A DNA stretch of 63,679 nt, counting the filler, from Folioceros fuciformis (lineage: Eukaryota): assembly GCA_049999805.1 (NCBI GenBank). It is 7 parts of 7 records of this genome, joined end to end, with 100 filler letters (N's around TTAATTAATTAA, not from the genome) between each part and the next. Parts side by side here need not be neighbours in the genome. Positions count along the whole stretch, not along the records: positions 46,648 to 60,179 come from JBNGIO010003508.1; positions 60,280 to 61,925 come from JBNGIO010003513.1; positions 62,026 to 63,679 come from JBNGIO010003515.1; 4 more parts are not named here. One strand, written 5' to 3'. The position numbers and the translations under genes are program-made. Each line of letters starts with the position of its first letter. The first letter of the stretch is position 1. The notes below the pieces were generated by a model. That model was not told the DNA's origin and made no database searches. It saw only the letters and a list, made by a program, of their open reading frames with translations. This document shows positions 51,471 to 63,679 of the stretch, piece by piece.

Positions 51471-52628
51471 CTCACACACCCTACGGTGAACAGCTATAGG
51501 GAGGGATTGGAGGGTATGATTTCAGCTTATGGTGTTGTGTAGTTGGGCTTGCAAATGGCCTTAAGGGTTGCAAGAGTATTGTGTAGCTATTGACCCTAGT
51601 TGTAGATTTTCCTACAGATGGTAGGTCTAGATTGTCTCATAAATGGCCTTGCATCATGCAATTGTAAAGAACAAGTGGAACCTGTACTTGAGGATTGCAT
51701 ATGTAGGTTGCCTTGAAGGTTATGGCTGCAGTTTTCCTTGTTGTTTGCATTGCATGTTTCATGTTGCATATAGCCTAGCAAGTTTAGGGTGAATATTCCC
51801 TTGGTACAAGCCTTGCAGAACGCTTGAACATTGCATTGCACATGGCTAGATCCATTGTAGTGCAGGAGTAGGATGGAGCTATTGGAGATGTACCTACAAC
51901 CATGGATGGAGGAGGGGGTCACTCCTTGGGTGTGGAGTGGCATTTGTCTTCTTTGATTTTGCTTGTAATATGTTGTTGGGTCATCTTGCCCTTCTAGGCT
52001 TGAAATAAAGACTATATGGTTCCATTCCCCCTACTTTCCTGTAGCAAGACTGTATGGTTCCATTCCCCCTACTTTTATGTAGCAAGACGGTGCTGTAACA
52101 CAAGCTTTGCCTCCAGGGAGATGGACCTAGCTAGCCACCAACCTTGCCTCAAGGAAGAATAGAATTGGTTCACCAAAAGGAGGTGACAGCAAGCATGATG
52201 ACTTGGTTAGCATCTTGTGCCCTTGAACTCTAAAAACAGAGAATGATTCCACAAAGAAAGAAAAATCTTTTGTCGGGTGATTACCAGAGATCTGGGATGC
52301 CCTAATAGCAAGAAAGAAATATGGGAGGGATCGTATGTTCCATACCTGACTATGATATAATAAACCTAAATGCTGTAATAAATATTTAAAAAAAAACCTT
52401 AAACTTGATTAAGACGTAATAAATTCTTTTTTGAAAAAAAAAGCTTTGCCATACCCTCACATTCAAATATGGGAGGGATGATTTGATCAATGTTGGAAAG
52501 GTTTCTCCCCTGCAGAAGGGAAGCATCGAGAATTTCAACCGCTGGTCCATGGGCACTAATGCTTGAAAAACTGCAAAGAGGGCACATCTACTAACAAAAT
52601 GCTAATGATGATTGGGGGATCCGCAGAA

Positions 52629-54389
52629 TTAGGGTGGCAATGTTGCAGGAACCCAAGCTGTGGCGAAGACTACATTGTGGCCCTTCCAGGTGAGGAGTAG
52701 GCACTCTTCTTCCTCCTTGTGGCCCCAGCCTGCAGCATGCTCGTCCAGCATTTGCTTCACCTCGGACACCACGTTCTGGCTGAAAGGAGTGGGCTTGAAC
52801 CCGGCCCTCCTCATGCGCAGCACCCACTTCTCCTTGGACTCCATCCGCTCGGTCCTATCCAGACCCTCGCAGGCTATCACGTTGTCGATTCTGTAGGCTA
52901 TGTCCCCCTCGTACTGCAGCCGCTGGATGCTGTTTCTGGCCAGAAGTGTGTCCAGGGCATCGAAGGGGATCCACATGTAGTTGAAGGCCACCTTCAGTCT
53001 GGAGACGAGACTGGGAACGGAGAGGTTCGAGTCTTCTTCCACCAGAGTCACGATGACGGGCTGCAGGGACCTGATCATCCTGAGGATGATGTCCCGTGGG
53101 GACGACGAGTCGGCAGACTCGTCCGTGAAGCAGTGTAATCGTGCCAGGCAGTTGACAGCCACAGCCTCACCCTGTCGCAGGCCCATCATTGCAGGAACCA
53201 GGTTCTCTGCCTCGCCAGTAATGACATGGAACTCCAACGGCACGTTCTTCATTCTTGCAAACTTGCGCAGCCTGTCACCTAGCTCATCGTAGGAGACGTT
53301 GAGAATAGGAGGCACCTGGGTTTCGGAGTGGTGTACTGTGAGGCGGATGTACGGAGGCCCCTCCGGCCTGTCGGCCAAAGCCTGTATCAGGGTGGGCCAC
53401 TGCATACAGTGGGTGGTGCTGAAGTCTATGATGTGCACCCTGTCCTTGCCCTCGAAGGCATCGATCATGACGCCGTTGGCTGCACAATACCCGAATCTGT
53501 ACCAGGGGGTGACATCCACATGCCCAGCAAGCTCGTTGGGAGACAGGAATTTGTTCAGTGTCGGTGCTGCTGGGAGTCTGCCCAGGAGATTGGAACCCAT
53601 CTTGGCTGCCCTGTTCACAAGGGCCCTGAGGAAGTAGTATGTCACTCTCTGGTTGGTGTCACCATCCGGATCTGCAAAATTGTTCAGCACCCACATTATC
53701 TGCTGTGCCAAAGTCACGTCCTTGATTTCCAGAGCCGCAGCACAATGCACCAGCAGCTTCTCCATGCAGTTAGCATCGTTTGCCCCGCCAAGGGTGCCCA
53801 CTCCCTTGGCGGAGATCCCCTGCAAGGGCCAGCTCTCCTCGAGGACTCTGGGAGGAGGAGCACAGTCAGGACCTGCAATGCCAGGGGACTGCCTTTTAGG
53901 ATCAGAGGAAGGCCTGCTGGCAGACGAGTGGAGCCTCTGGAGAGTTTCGTTGATATCTTGCTTGTTCACCTGGCGTGACTTCCCATGGCCAGGCTTTTGT
54001 GCACTGGTTTCCATGCTTGTAGAGCCCAGTTGTCTGACGGTGGATAAGCCCTCATGTCGAGGACTGTACCTTGAATGCCCCGGAGAGCCGGCGGCTGACG
54101 ACCCATGGCTGTCCACACGGATCCGCTTGGTGAGAGGTGGAGATGTGGTAGCATTCCAGTCGGTCCCAAAGGACGGACCGAACGCGGCAACGTTCTGAAA
54201 CATCAACCCATCCGAGCACCCGAGCTGAGGAACGATGTAGTTCACCGCTGCCCAATCAACCATCGTCTCCATCTTTGGAGGCCGATTGTAACTCAGTGCG
54301 CTGCTGCCCTCCCCTTGCTCTTTCTGTCGCTGCTGACTCCCATACCCGGGCTGTGGTAGCTGCATGACTTGACCGTTGGGTGGTGCCAT
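52629..54389 (-). CDS. GRAS transcription factor, SCL32-like (SHR-related branch); intronless CDS
   Basis: ANCMEKLLVHCA...LAQQIMWVLNN...DGDTNQR, DVTPWYRFG, VHIIDFSTTHCMQWPTLI, WIPFDA, LDEHAAGWG...LTWKGHNVVFATAWVP. Confidence 0.92.
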   Translation of the reverse strand: MAPPNGQVMQLPQPGYGSQQRQKEQGEGSSALSYNRPPKMETMVDWAAVNYIVPQLGCSDGLMFQNVAAFGPSFGTDWNATTSPPLTKRIRVDSHGSSAAGSPGHSRYSPRHEGLSTVRQLGSTSMETSAQKPGHGKSRQVNKQDINETLQRLHSSASRPSSDPKRQSPGIAGPDCAPPPRVLEESWPLQGISAKGVGTLGGANDANCMEKLLVHCAAALEIKDVTLAQQIMWVLNNFADPDGDTNQRVTYYFLRALVNRAAKMGSNLLGRLPAAPTLNKFLSPNELAGHVDVTPWYRFGYCAANGVMIDAFEGKDRVHIIDFSTTHCMQWPTLIQALADRPEGPPYIRLTVHHSETQVPPILNVSYDELGDRLRKFARMKNVPLEFHVITGEAENLVPAMMGLRQGEAVAVNCLARLHCFTDESADSSSPRDIILRMIRSLQPVIVTLVEEDSNLSVPSLVSRLKVAFNYMWIPFDALDTLLARNSIQRLQYEGDIAYRIDNVIACEGLDRTERMESKEKWVLRMRRAGFKPTPFSQNVVSEVKQMLDEHAAGWGHKEEEECLLLTWKGHNVVFATAWVPATLPP

Positions 54390-55457
54390 GGTCGACACTT
54401 AGAATTCACAAAGCCACTCCGTCATGAAGTCTGTAGATTGTGCTATCTACCACATGTTTCCAGCAACCAGGAGTTTAAATCCAAACAACCCAGCATCAGA
54501 GCTTCTCTAAGATGAGCTGCAAACCGACCCAACTATCGTAAACCACAAAGCTGGCGTGGCCAGCAATGACTATCTCGTAACGTTCCAAATCAAGACAAGT
54601 GACCTGGAGCAAGAGTCAACGAGCAGCGGCGACCTCACGGATCCACGATCCACGAAACAAGGTGCCGCAGCAAGGAACCAAAGGCAGGTTCCAACTCCGA
54701 TCTTGCAAATCACACAGAGAGGCAATCAGCTAAGTGAAGGCATCCCAGTAGCCCACCAGACCTATGGGAGAAGCAGGGATGAGAGTGTGAAAACCCTTGA
54801 ACATCACACGCTGGCTGGAACAGAAGGCGAAAACAGAAAGCAACGCCAGCACAAACCGGAATTGGCAATCACAGCTTCCGGCCAGCGCCATCAATTCCAC
54901 CTTCACCACACAAATCCCCATCACAACCCACCAGCGCAGCTGCACCTCATACTCCCCGAAACCCAGCCTCACGCAGCACCCACAATCGCAGCAGCATGAA
55001 AAAGCACCGCCCACAACCCCGCCCCCGCATCCGTGGCCATGACAAGCCCAAATTCCCCTCGCCCACAATTTAAGCACCGCTCCAATCGGGCTGCGCGCAC
55101 AACCGCTTTGTCGCGCGCTCAGGCAAACGAACGAGAAATTCCCGTAGCCCGCCCCACCGATCCGTGCCAGGAGGCGGAGGCAGAGGCGGAGACAGCCCCG
55201 GTGCGAGGCGGCAGACGCCGGACGCAAACGCCGGACCCAGACGCCGGACGCAGACGGAACTCCCTTATGTCAGCACCCCACGCCCAGACGGCCCAGACGG
55301 TCTCGATAGGGACAAAGCGCCTCCTTTATCAGCACCGCCAGATCGAAAAGAATGCAGCAGAACACAGAGCGGTTGTAACTGCATGGCAAATCCATCCAGG
55401 AGTCCGCCTCAGCAAAGATTCACGAGTCGTCACCGCCAAAGCTGGAACGAACGAACA

Positions 55458-55493
55458 AAGGAAGGAAGGAAGGAAGGAAGGAAGGAAGGAAGG
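55458..55493. repeat. (GAAG)n microsatellite upstream of the GRAS gene
   Basis: About 8-9 tandem GAAG/AAGG units. Confidence 0.85.
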
Positions 55494-58487
55494 AGGGAGT
55501 CAGGGAGTGGGAGTCAGTTCAGTACATACGGGCACAGGCACAGCCACACGCAGGTCTCTCAGTCGTAAATCGTCGCACACACTCACCCGGACCCACATCC
55601 GCTCAATCACCCATCGCCCATCAAACGCCCCCAGCCTTGTGATCATCATCATCGCCCAACATGCAGGCCAGGCAGGCATGCCGATCCCTCGTTCCGGACA
55701 CCGCGACCTCAACACTTCCTAATTCCGGAACATGTGTACGGCTCATCTCTCCATTATCATATGCACATATTTGCCAACAGCATATACCTACCTATGTATA
55801 TATTCTAATTTTACTGCTCTCGTATTTCTCCAAATTTCGCTCTATTCTATTAATAGTACTCGTCTCTTCCCTATCTTTCTCTTTCTCTTCCTCTTCGCTT
55901 CTCTTCTGCGAAGATTCTGGTCCTCCTTCCTTCAAACATCCATTATTCAATTTAATTACCACAAAATTTTAATAATAATAATAATCACAAACCAAGAAAA
56001 AGAATTCGCAAACTTGCACATAAATCGTACCATATTCTAATTGTCTGGATATATATTCTTAGATTCATTTCTTACTTGTAAATCGTACAACACGTACAAA
56101 TAATGTACTTTCTAGGACTGACGAAACTTATATATAACATGAATATAATAAATTTTTTAAGAATCAAGGAATATTTGACTAATTCTCTTTTCTATTCTCC
56201 AAATATTGATTATTTTATTTATTTTTAGACATTTTAAATGCATTAGCTTGGGATTCTGATGAGATATAAGCTTAAGTCATTGGAATATGTTCTATTCTAA
56301 TATTTAATTTTTATTTTTCATTCCAATAACTTTTGTCCAAACATGAGATGTCCATCTTCGAAGTACAAAACTAAAACGAATAAATTGAGGAAAAAGAAAG
56401 TTAGGTTTAAAAGTACTTTTTGGATGTTGGGTCAATGATTTTTGGATAAGATTAAGGAATTATAAAATCCAATAATATGTAGCTATTGTTGAGACCTTCT
56501 CATGGCGCCTTGAATTGAACCCTAGTTTTTTAACGAGTTTCAAAACTAACATCCTAAGTACCTTGAATTGAGGATGATTAATTTCTATTATTGAAAAAGA
56601 GATAAAAAAAATCCCAATAATTCAAGCAGGGCCACAAGCCAAAAGGGTATTTAGCCCCTTTGAACATCATTCTCAAAATTAGCTCCTATTTCTCTTTCTT
56701 GGAAAGAAAAAACCTAAATATTGGACTGGTGGGAAGAAAAAACCTAAGTATTGGACTAGTTGCAAGAGTGGCTTTAGAAGGGAGAGTGGAGAGTTTGGTG
56801 TGAAAAAGATAGAAAAAAACCCACGAAGGGACGTGCTTTCTTGCAATGGATCATGGAAGGAGTGGAAAAAGGAAAAAAAAAAAGGATGTGGTGTGTATGG
56901 TTGAGGCACCCGGTGAGAGAAGTCTTGTGGTGAAGAAAAGCTAGGCAAATTAAGTGGAGTGGGTGTACTGGTATTATTGGTAAATAAAAAAAATGATGTT
57001 GGAGGATGGACTAAAAATAATAAAAGGAGGGAGGGCTTATGTTTGCATGCATCAGCCGAGGACAGGCGGCTCCGAGGTTGCCCAACAGACACATGACCAC
57101 GAGAGATGCATCACACCTGCGCAGTATGGAGGAGCAGTATTGCGTGCCACATCGTGAGAGGGAGGAATATTCCAGCAACCCCTGTTCGGGATGTAACAAT
57201 GTAGCATGAGAACAGGAGGACGAAGATGTGGTGCAGAAACCCTAACCTGCCTCGATGTGGCATTGGGCGGAGGAGGGGTTCAGCTACTGTTGCAGGGACG
57301 ATGGCTAGATGAACCCGGAATTTCCAAACCGCGTGGTCCCCGACGTTCGTGTGGGTCCGTCCTGCAGGACCTGACTGCTGGAGGTGGTAAATCTTTCTTG
57401 CAGAGTCCATGTTGAGAAAAGCTGGTGCTCGTCTCCACCCCTGTGACCTGTTGCGAAGCTTCGATTCTTTCCACCCACCTTCTGACCAGTGCGCTTGTGT
57501 ACAGTACCCGGCTTCAGACGATGATCATCAGGCGCTGCCTTAGGCCGGTGGTTTGGGGGCGTAAAGTGAACGCAGCACCAGCATACAGTCTGTACTGTAC
57601 TGGAGTGTACTGTTGTGCCTCCTTGCTTGGCCCCAGGTAAACCACAGCCGGTAGGGTATGAGAGCCACAAAGCCACTTTCGGGCACGGTGATGCCTTGAG
57701 ATCCAGTTCTGTCATGGAGGAGTATGCTGAGAGTGTGGCAGCTGGCGCAACAGGGAACAAGCACGTTAACAGACGGCAGGTGCCAGAGAGTCGGGACTCA
57801 GTAAGGGGGCAGAGATCCGCGAGTGGCGGGAGCCACCAGCCCTTCGGGGTGCCTCCAGATGAGAGACGAGACAGAGACCGACATACGACGCCTTTCAGCC
57901 AAGTGTCCAAAGCTAACAGGGGTAACAGGAAGGATACCTGGCTCTGAATGCGATCCATGCATATGTGCCTGTGTGAAGGCAGCCCTAAGACGATGATCCA
58001 TCACGCAATTTGTCACGGAGAAGAGTTTAGGCAAGGGCCTTGTGGGCCCACAGAATATCTCCGAACGGCAACATTCGGAGGTACCATTTTCATCAGGTAC
58101 AAAGTGTGTCACTGTTTCAGTTGGCCTTGAGTATCCTTTGTACCGTGGAAACACAAAAACATTAGATAGGAGCGGAGACACAGCACCTAGAACACCTTGT
58201 GCACGGGAACGACATGTGGAAGAGGAGTGAACGGATACAAAGGCTTGAATAGTACAACTTCCTGTTAGCAGAGAGGTCCACAAAGTTGGACCACATGAAT
58301 GTCTGGGCACAACAGATCCCCATGGAGGGGGAGTGAAGGGGCGACCGCCCCCATTGACGTGTCATGCACGATAACAACCTACAGAATCGACTCTTCTGTA
58401 CAGAAAAGTCCCCGGAAACAGACGGGACCACCGACTCCGGACGGCTGCAACTATGTTTGAAAGCCTTTTATATACTACAAGACACAT

Positions 58488-60108
58488 TTAACTTTCTTGA
58501 GGCCGTCTGTAAGGCATATATCTACGATCCTTTGCAGCATTTTTCTTCCGGCGTTTGGCAAGATATGCTTCCAATTTTCCACTTTCCTGAGATAAGAACG
58601 TACGAGCCCTTTAGATCGTGAAGCAAAGAGAAAATTTTGCTAACTCACACGGGCTGCAAGGATTGCCAATTCACCTTCAGTATCTTGAACTTCTCAACCA
58701 GCTCCTGGTTCCGCAATTCAGCTGCGAAGAACAGTGCCAGCAGCAATAATTGAGTATGGGATGAGGAAATCAGCCGACATACATAATGAGGGACTGCCAA
58801 GATACGTACATTGTTTCGGATAATATGGCCGCTTCCCTTTCTTCACAGCCTCTTTCTCTTTTTTCCGCACCTCAGCTGCTTTTGAGGTCTGCTCTCTCCT
58901 TACAGCCTCTTCCGTCAGTTGTCTATTCTGTTCAGCAGGAGGCCACCACAACCAAGTCAATCATGAGTACGTGCCACATACTCGTACTGCTAGCCAAAGT
59001 AACCCTGACAGATAAATGACTCCCAGTTACAACAATAAACCAGCAATGGAAAGTCGTTGCTAACAAAGCAGGGAACTCACAATCCATGCTAGACTCTCTT
59101 TCAGCTCTTTGGTGTCCTCTGAGCCCTTCTTCGATCGCATCAGTTTCTGCAACCTCTGCACAGCGAGGCACAAGGAGACTACCTCTTTAGCTATGATTCT
59201 TATGTAAGTCAAGTACATCACCATGGTTTAGAACCACAAACGATGAGTTCAGAAACATAAACAATAACAACAACTTATCCCGCCCTGAAAAAGAGATTGA
59301 TACCTGCCGTTCAGCAGGAAGCTCTTCATCATATAGGAAGCTGTATGATTGCTTGAACCTGCACACCACAACACATTCAAGCAAGATGAGAGGACGATCC
59401 CTCGCATCACTAGGAGAATCAAAAGTCAAATTGGAGCGGAGCCCAACCTTTTCTCATCGAAGGTGCCACTAAGAAACTCAAATCTTGGATCACGAATCAC
59501 CTGACAGCAAGTACAGGAGCCCTTTCAGATGACAATCCACGCATGATCATTTCTGAAAACAGACTAGTAACCGACGGCCTTAGCAGACACGACAATGTGT
59601 CTCCAACCTTCTTCGGGGTTTGCATAACCTCCCTATATCTAGCCACCGGTCTCTTGCTCGTTACCTCCATGGGCCTGAAAAGTAGGACAAAAGTTAATGA
59701 GCCCATCACACCACCACATTGCCCGCAAACCCGACATGCCCAAGACCATTTACAAACCTATTTTTATTAGCCCGCTTGGTGTTAACTTTCCAAGACCGGG
59801 AGAACACAGAAGCGTGGCCGTCAGCGCGGGCCCGCTGCAATATCTCGAATGGAACATCAGCAACTTGCTTTTGCAGTTCCTCCTGCGTGCAAGGAGATGC
59901 ATCGTGTTACTCACAAGCACAGCAGCGTTTGCAACTTTCAAAACATACAACAGCTTCGGAACAACTCCCGAACCTCTTCACCGTTGCTCTCTGAAGCCAC
60001 TTCATCTTCCTCGTTGATCTCATCGTCTTCGCTGCTTTCTGCAGCGCCATCGTCATTCATCTTAAAAAAGCCGCCACCAGAATTCAAGACAGCCGATCGA
60101 CCCGCCAT
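58488..60108 (-). CDS. RRP36: rRNA processing protein 36; multi-exon
   Basis: Acidic N-terminus, ADVPFEILQ, RANKNRPMEVTSKRPV, RDPRFE.LSG, FKQSYSFLY, KKGKRPYY, ESGKLEAYLAKRRKKNAAKDRRYMPYRR. Confidence 0.9.
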
Positions 60109-60179
60109 TGCACCACGGAGACGCTTACAGGTCACTTGCAAGGGTTCAACACACACATATATATATATGTATATATAGG

Positions 60180-60279
60180 NNNNNNNNNNNNNNNNNNNNN
60201 NNNNNNNNNNNNNNNNNNNNNNNTTAATTAATTAANNNNNNNNNNNNNNNNNNNNNNNNNNNNNNNNNNNNNNNNNNNN
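60180..60279. other. Artificial contig linker
   Basis: N-run/TTAATTAATTAA/N-run. Confidence 0.95.
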
Positions 60280-60726
60280 CGATGCTTCTTCGGGCTCAAA
60301 GCTGCGCGGTAAAGTGCACGAAAACTAACATGGCTTCTCGGATTGTATTTTACAGTAATTATATAGTTGAAAATTACCGTAAACTGTATTTTTATTTTAC
60401 ATACATATGTAATTTTATAATATACGATGTAATTATATGATATGTAATTAAATTTTTCTTTATTATAAAATATAAGTATAAAATAAGATTTTATCATATA
60501 ATAGTAATTACGATAGTAATTATCACCCAAAATGGGTCTTACCCATAATACCCACAAGCCTAGACGAAACCTCCTCTCGTGGCCACTGGGAGCACCTTCG
60601 CTGCACCATGGGAGTACCTTAGCTACACCATAGAAGTACCTTAGCTGAACATGGGAGCACCTTAGAAATAGTCGACATGCCAACTATAGTCAGAAATCTT
60701 CTTCCATTCCATTATTACGGCTTCTT

Positions 60727-60996
60727 CTATTCCATTATTAAGGCTTCTTCCAACAGTTCCCATTTCGATCTGGACTGGTGAGGGGAACACTTGGATCTAC
60801 ACTGGTCAGGGGAAGCATTGGTATCATGCTTCACACAATAAGTGGCTACAGCATCCCACCTCACCATTGTAGACTTCATCTTCTCCTTTATACCACCAAA
60901 TGCCCGTTTCTCCTCTTCAATTCTCTGCTTGAAGCATGAGCCAATCGTTGTTTTTCCAAGACATTCGTGTTGGTGGAGGTGGAGGCAATGGAGCAA
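60727..60996 (-). pseudogene. Degenerate Myb/SANT (trihelix-like) fragment, possibly TE-derived
   Basis: RWDAVATYCVKHDTNASPDQCRSK-(duplicated SPHQSRSK)-WELL resembles the trihelix W..V...C......QC..KW pattern. Confidence 0.4.
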
Positions 60997-61925
60997 AGGG
61001 AGGAGAAGGTCTATGTGGAACTAAAGAAGGCAATGGAGCAAAGGGAGGAGGAGGTCCATGTGGAACTAAAGAAAGCAGAAAAAATTACTGCGATTGAAGA
61101 GTAGGTTGCTTGGAATTGAGAACCAAGGGTTGATTGAATGCCATTGTTGATTCTGTACCTCTTGTATGCTACGTATAGCCGTAGTGCACGACAATCTTTG
61201 CAATGGAGAAAAAACAATGTGGTTGCTCCACAAAGTGACGGGGTGTGCCAGTGAAAGGCACTGCCCATAGCCCGTAAGGACGCCAAATGTTGGTGCAAAA
61301 AGCACAAAGGAGAGTTGGGGAGGCCAAAATTTATGAGGGAATCTTTCCTCCCTCCAAAAGTGGATTGCCCTATTTTAGTAGNNNNNNNNNNNNNNNNNNN
61401 NNNNNNNNNNNNNNNNNNNNNNNNNNNNNNNNNNNNNNNNNNNNNNNNNNNNNNNNNNNNNNNNNNNNNNNNNNNNNNNNNGCTCTCTGAGCTAGTTGTT
61501 TAGCTAGTAGGAACTTGAAGTCTCTCTCTAAGAAACTCACATCTTCCAATAATAATGAATGGAGACTTGGTACAAAACACGATAAAGAAACGATTAAAGG
61601 ACTTCACGATATGGGAATATGTAGATGATGTGGGACAAAGTGCGAAACACAGGTTGTGCTAAAGTCGCCGTCTCATTTTTAAGGAGGAGGGTTTGCAATA
61701 ATGTTTTCAAGCAGGAGGGTTTGCGAAGTTCTTCAGGAAAATGAAGAAGTCTATTTAAGTTCCAGGTACTTAACAACTTATACCTAAGTAAAGGTTGCTA
61801 GCATCCCCTATCCTCTCTCCAAGGATTTTTACAATAGCCTCCCCAAGGCACTTGCTAAAAGGCTATTGCCTTGGAGGATCTACGAGGAGGATTTATATTG
61901 GTAATCTCTAAGATGCCATGGCTCA

Positions 61926-62025
61926 NNNNNNNNNNNNNNNNNNNNNNNNNNNNNNNNNNNNNNNNNNNNTTAATTAATTAANNNNNNNNNNNNNNNNNNN
62001 NNNNNNNNNNNNNNNNNNNNNNNNN
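61926..62025. other. Artificial contig linker
   Basis: N-run/TTAATTAATTAA/N-run. Confidence 0.95.
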
Positions 62026-62082
62026 TTATCAGGTGTGAGTACTCAAGAAAGGATTGAGTGTCAACCTTGAGTGGTGGCAAGA

Positions 62083-63679
62083 ATGGCCAGTGACAGTATT
62101 AACCAGATCGTATAGGAGAAGCTGGACAAAAACAACTTCCATGCCTGGAAGTTTCGTTTTACAAACTTTCTTATGGGAAAGGGTTATTGGGACTACATTG
62201 AGGGGGAGCATGAAAAACCCCCTGTAGTACTTGAACGGAATGCAACAGCGGAGCAGATTAAGGCGCTGANNNNNNNNNNNNNNNNNNNNNNNNNNNNNNN
62301 NNNNNNNNNNNNNNNNNNNNNNNNNNNNNNNNNNNNNNNNNNNNNNNNNNNNNNNNNNNNNNNNNNNNNTGTAGTACTTGAACGGAATGCAACAGCGGAG
62401 CAGATTAAGGCGCTGAAGGATTGGAGTCAAGGATCTCGGAAGGTCATGTATTGGCTGTCAATCAGCATTCATGACACCATGATTGGGCACATACAGGATG
62501 CAGAGTCGCCCAAAGAAGCATGGGATGAGTTGGTAAAACTCTATGAGACTAACACGAAGGCGAGAAAACTGCAGTTGAAGAATGACTTCAACACAGTTAT
62601 GAAGAAGAACTTATCAATCAATGAGTACGCGTTAAAGATCAAAGGGATAGTGGAATCCCTTGCGTCCATTGGTGTCAGTGTGGAAGATGATGACAAGGTC
62701 GAAGTTTGCTTGCGCGGGTTAACACCTGCCTACAAGCAGTTCAAGACTTCCATACAGACTCGGGAAAACATTCCCAATTTCTCAGACCTGATTTCTATGT
62801 TGATCATAGAGGAGAAAAACCTAGGCGAGGAATCATCCTCTAAGCCTAAGGAAAACTCTGAGCAGGCCTTCTACTCTGGCAGAGGCAGAGGTAGAGCCCA
62901 AGGTGGCAGAGGGCAAAGAGGTGGTAGAGGTCGGAATCCCTACCAAAATCAACAACAGAATCAGGAGTCCCAGTACAAGAGTACACGTGGAAGAGGAGAA
63001 AATTCTCGAGGCTGGGGGAGTCAAAGAGGACGTGGAAATCAACAACAAAATGATGCAAATGCAGACAATAGTGGTTGCTGGACTTGTGGTAGGTTAGACC
63101 ACTTCGAAAGAGACTGTCCAAGGAGAAATCAAGGCAACAGGAGGCAGCAGAACAATTATGCCTCTAGCAGCAGTCAGAATGACTCAGAAAACTTGTTTGT
63201 CATGCAGCATATGCTTAACTCTGTGTCTGCTAATGGATCCAACAATGGTGAGATTGTGTGGTATGTGGACTCAGGAGCTTCGAACCACATGACATGCCAT
63301 GGGGAGTGGTTCAAAGAAATGCAAGTGCTTGACAAACCTGGATATGTAGAAACTGGAGATGACACAACACATGCAATTGTGCATACAGGAACTGTACCTC
63401 TGAAGATGCAGGATGGCAAAGTGAAGTGCCTGGTAGATGTTCTTCACGTACCCAACATCACAAAGAACTTGGTGTCAGTTGGGCAGATGGTTGAGCAAGG
63501 ACTGCAGGTTAGATTTACACCTGCAGGACTCTTTGTTGAAGAGTGCAAGAAAGGCGGTCGCTTGATTGCTCAAGGACAGAAGGTTGGACGGATGTTCACC
63601 TTGAACGTGGAGGTTCCTAAGCTGAAGTCAGCCATGTTTGCGAAGGGTACAAGGGTAGTGACAGACCTAGAGATGTGGC
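62083..63679 (+). mobile_element. Ty1/Copia LTR retrotransposon gag-protease region (runs off the window end)
   Basis: KLDKNNFHAWKFR...GYWDYI, SPKEAWDELVKLY (UBN2 gag), zinc knuckle CWTCGRLDHFERDC, protease WYVDSGASNHMT, VLHVPNITKNLVSVGQ. There is an in-frame TAG at 62113-62115. Confidence 0.93.

Noticed and set aside
55033-55722. 229-aa plus-strand ORF upstream of the GRAS gene
   Set aside because: Low complexity, crosses a microsatellite and has no motifs; probably a chance ORF in GC-rich leader DNA.
61540-61925. Possible LINE ORF1 fragment on the minus strand
   Set aside because: Too short and degenerate to support a call.
8777-62025. Recurring TTAATTAATTAA palindrome and apparent gene neighbourhoods across it
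   Set aside because: It is always embedded in N-runs totalling 100 bp, so it is an assembly linker. Adjacency across linkers (for example PPR with CE4, or RT with ABC1K) has no biological meaning.
62222-62416. Direct repeat on both sides of an N gap (also seen at 50088-50217)
   Set aside because: These are unmerged contig overlaps across a placeholder gap, not real duplications.

Overview
Eukaryotic nuclear DNA from a seed-free land plant. Short introns, dense GC-rich genes and a DYW:KP-type PPR gene point to a hornwort or fern; the exact lineage is inference. The window is not one locus: it is 7 contigs joined by artificial N/TTAATTAATTAA/N linkers, plus several 100-N gaps. Recognisable genes: exocyst SEC8 (3'-truncated), a PLS-class PPR with a DYW:KP domain, a 9-exon NodB/CE4 polysaccharide deacetylase missed by the ORF track, an F-box gene, TM9SF/TMN, a cationic amino acid transporter, PUX1, a ferredoxin-like/TPR gene, an ABC1K kinase, sucrose synthase, exon 1 of SFR2, a HARE-HTH-like protein, an SCL32-like GRAS gene and RRP36. 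Repeats include an L1 remnant, a Copia gag-pol, several minisatellites and three pieces of a CRE/SLACS-like non-LTR retrotransposon. The most interesting signals are: (1) the CRE-like element joined to a 34-bp array built on the plant telomere motif CCCTAAA, with an apparently inverted 5' half, and a second copy bounded by a 14-bp TSD; (2) the intron-rich, fungal/bacterial-type CE4 deacetylase with two apparent GC-AG introns; (3) the candidate U-to-C RNA editing factor. All family calls come from motif recognition by eye; no database search was run.
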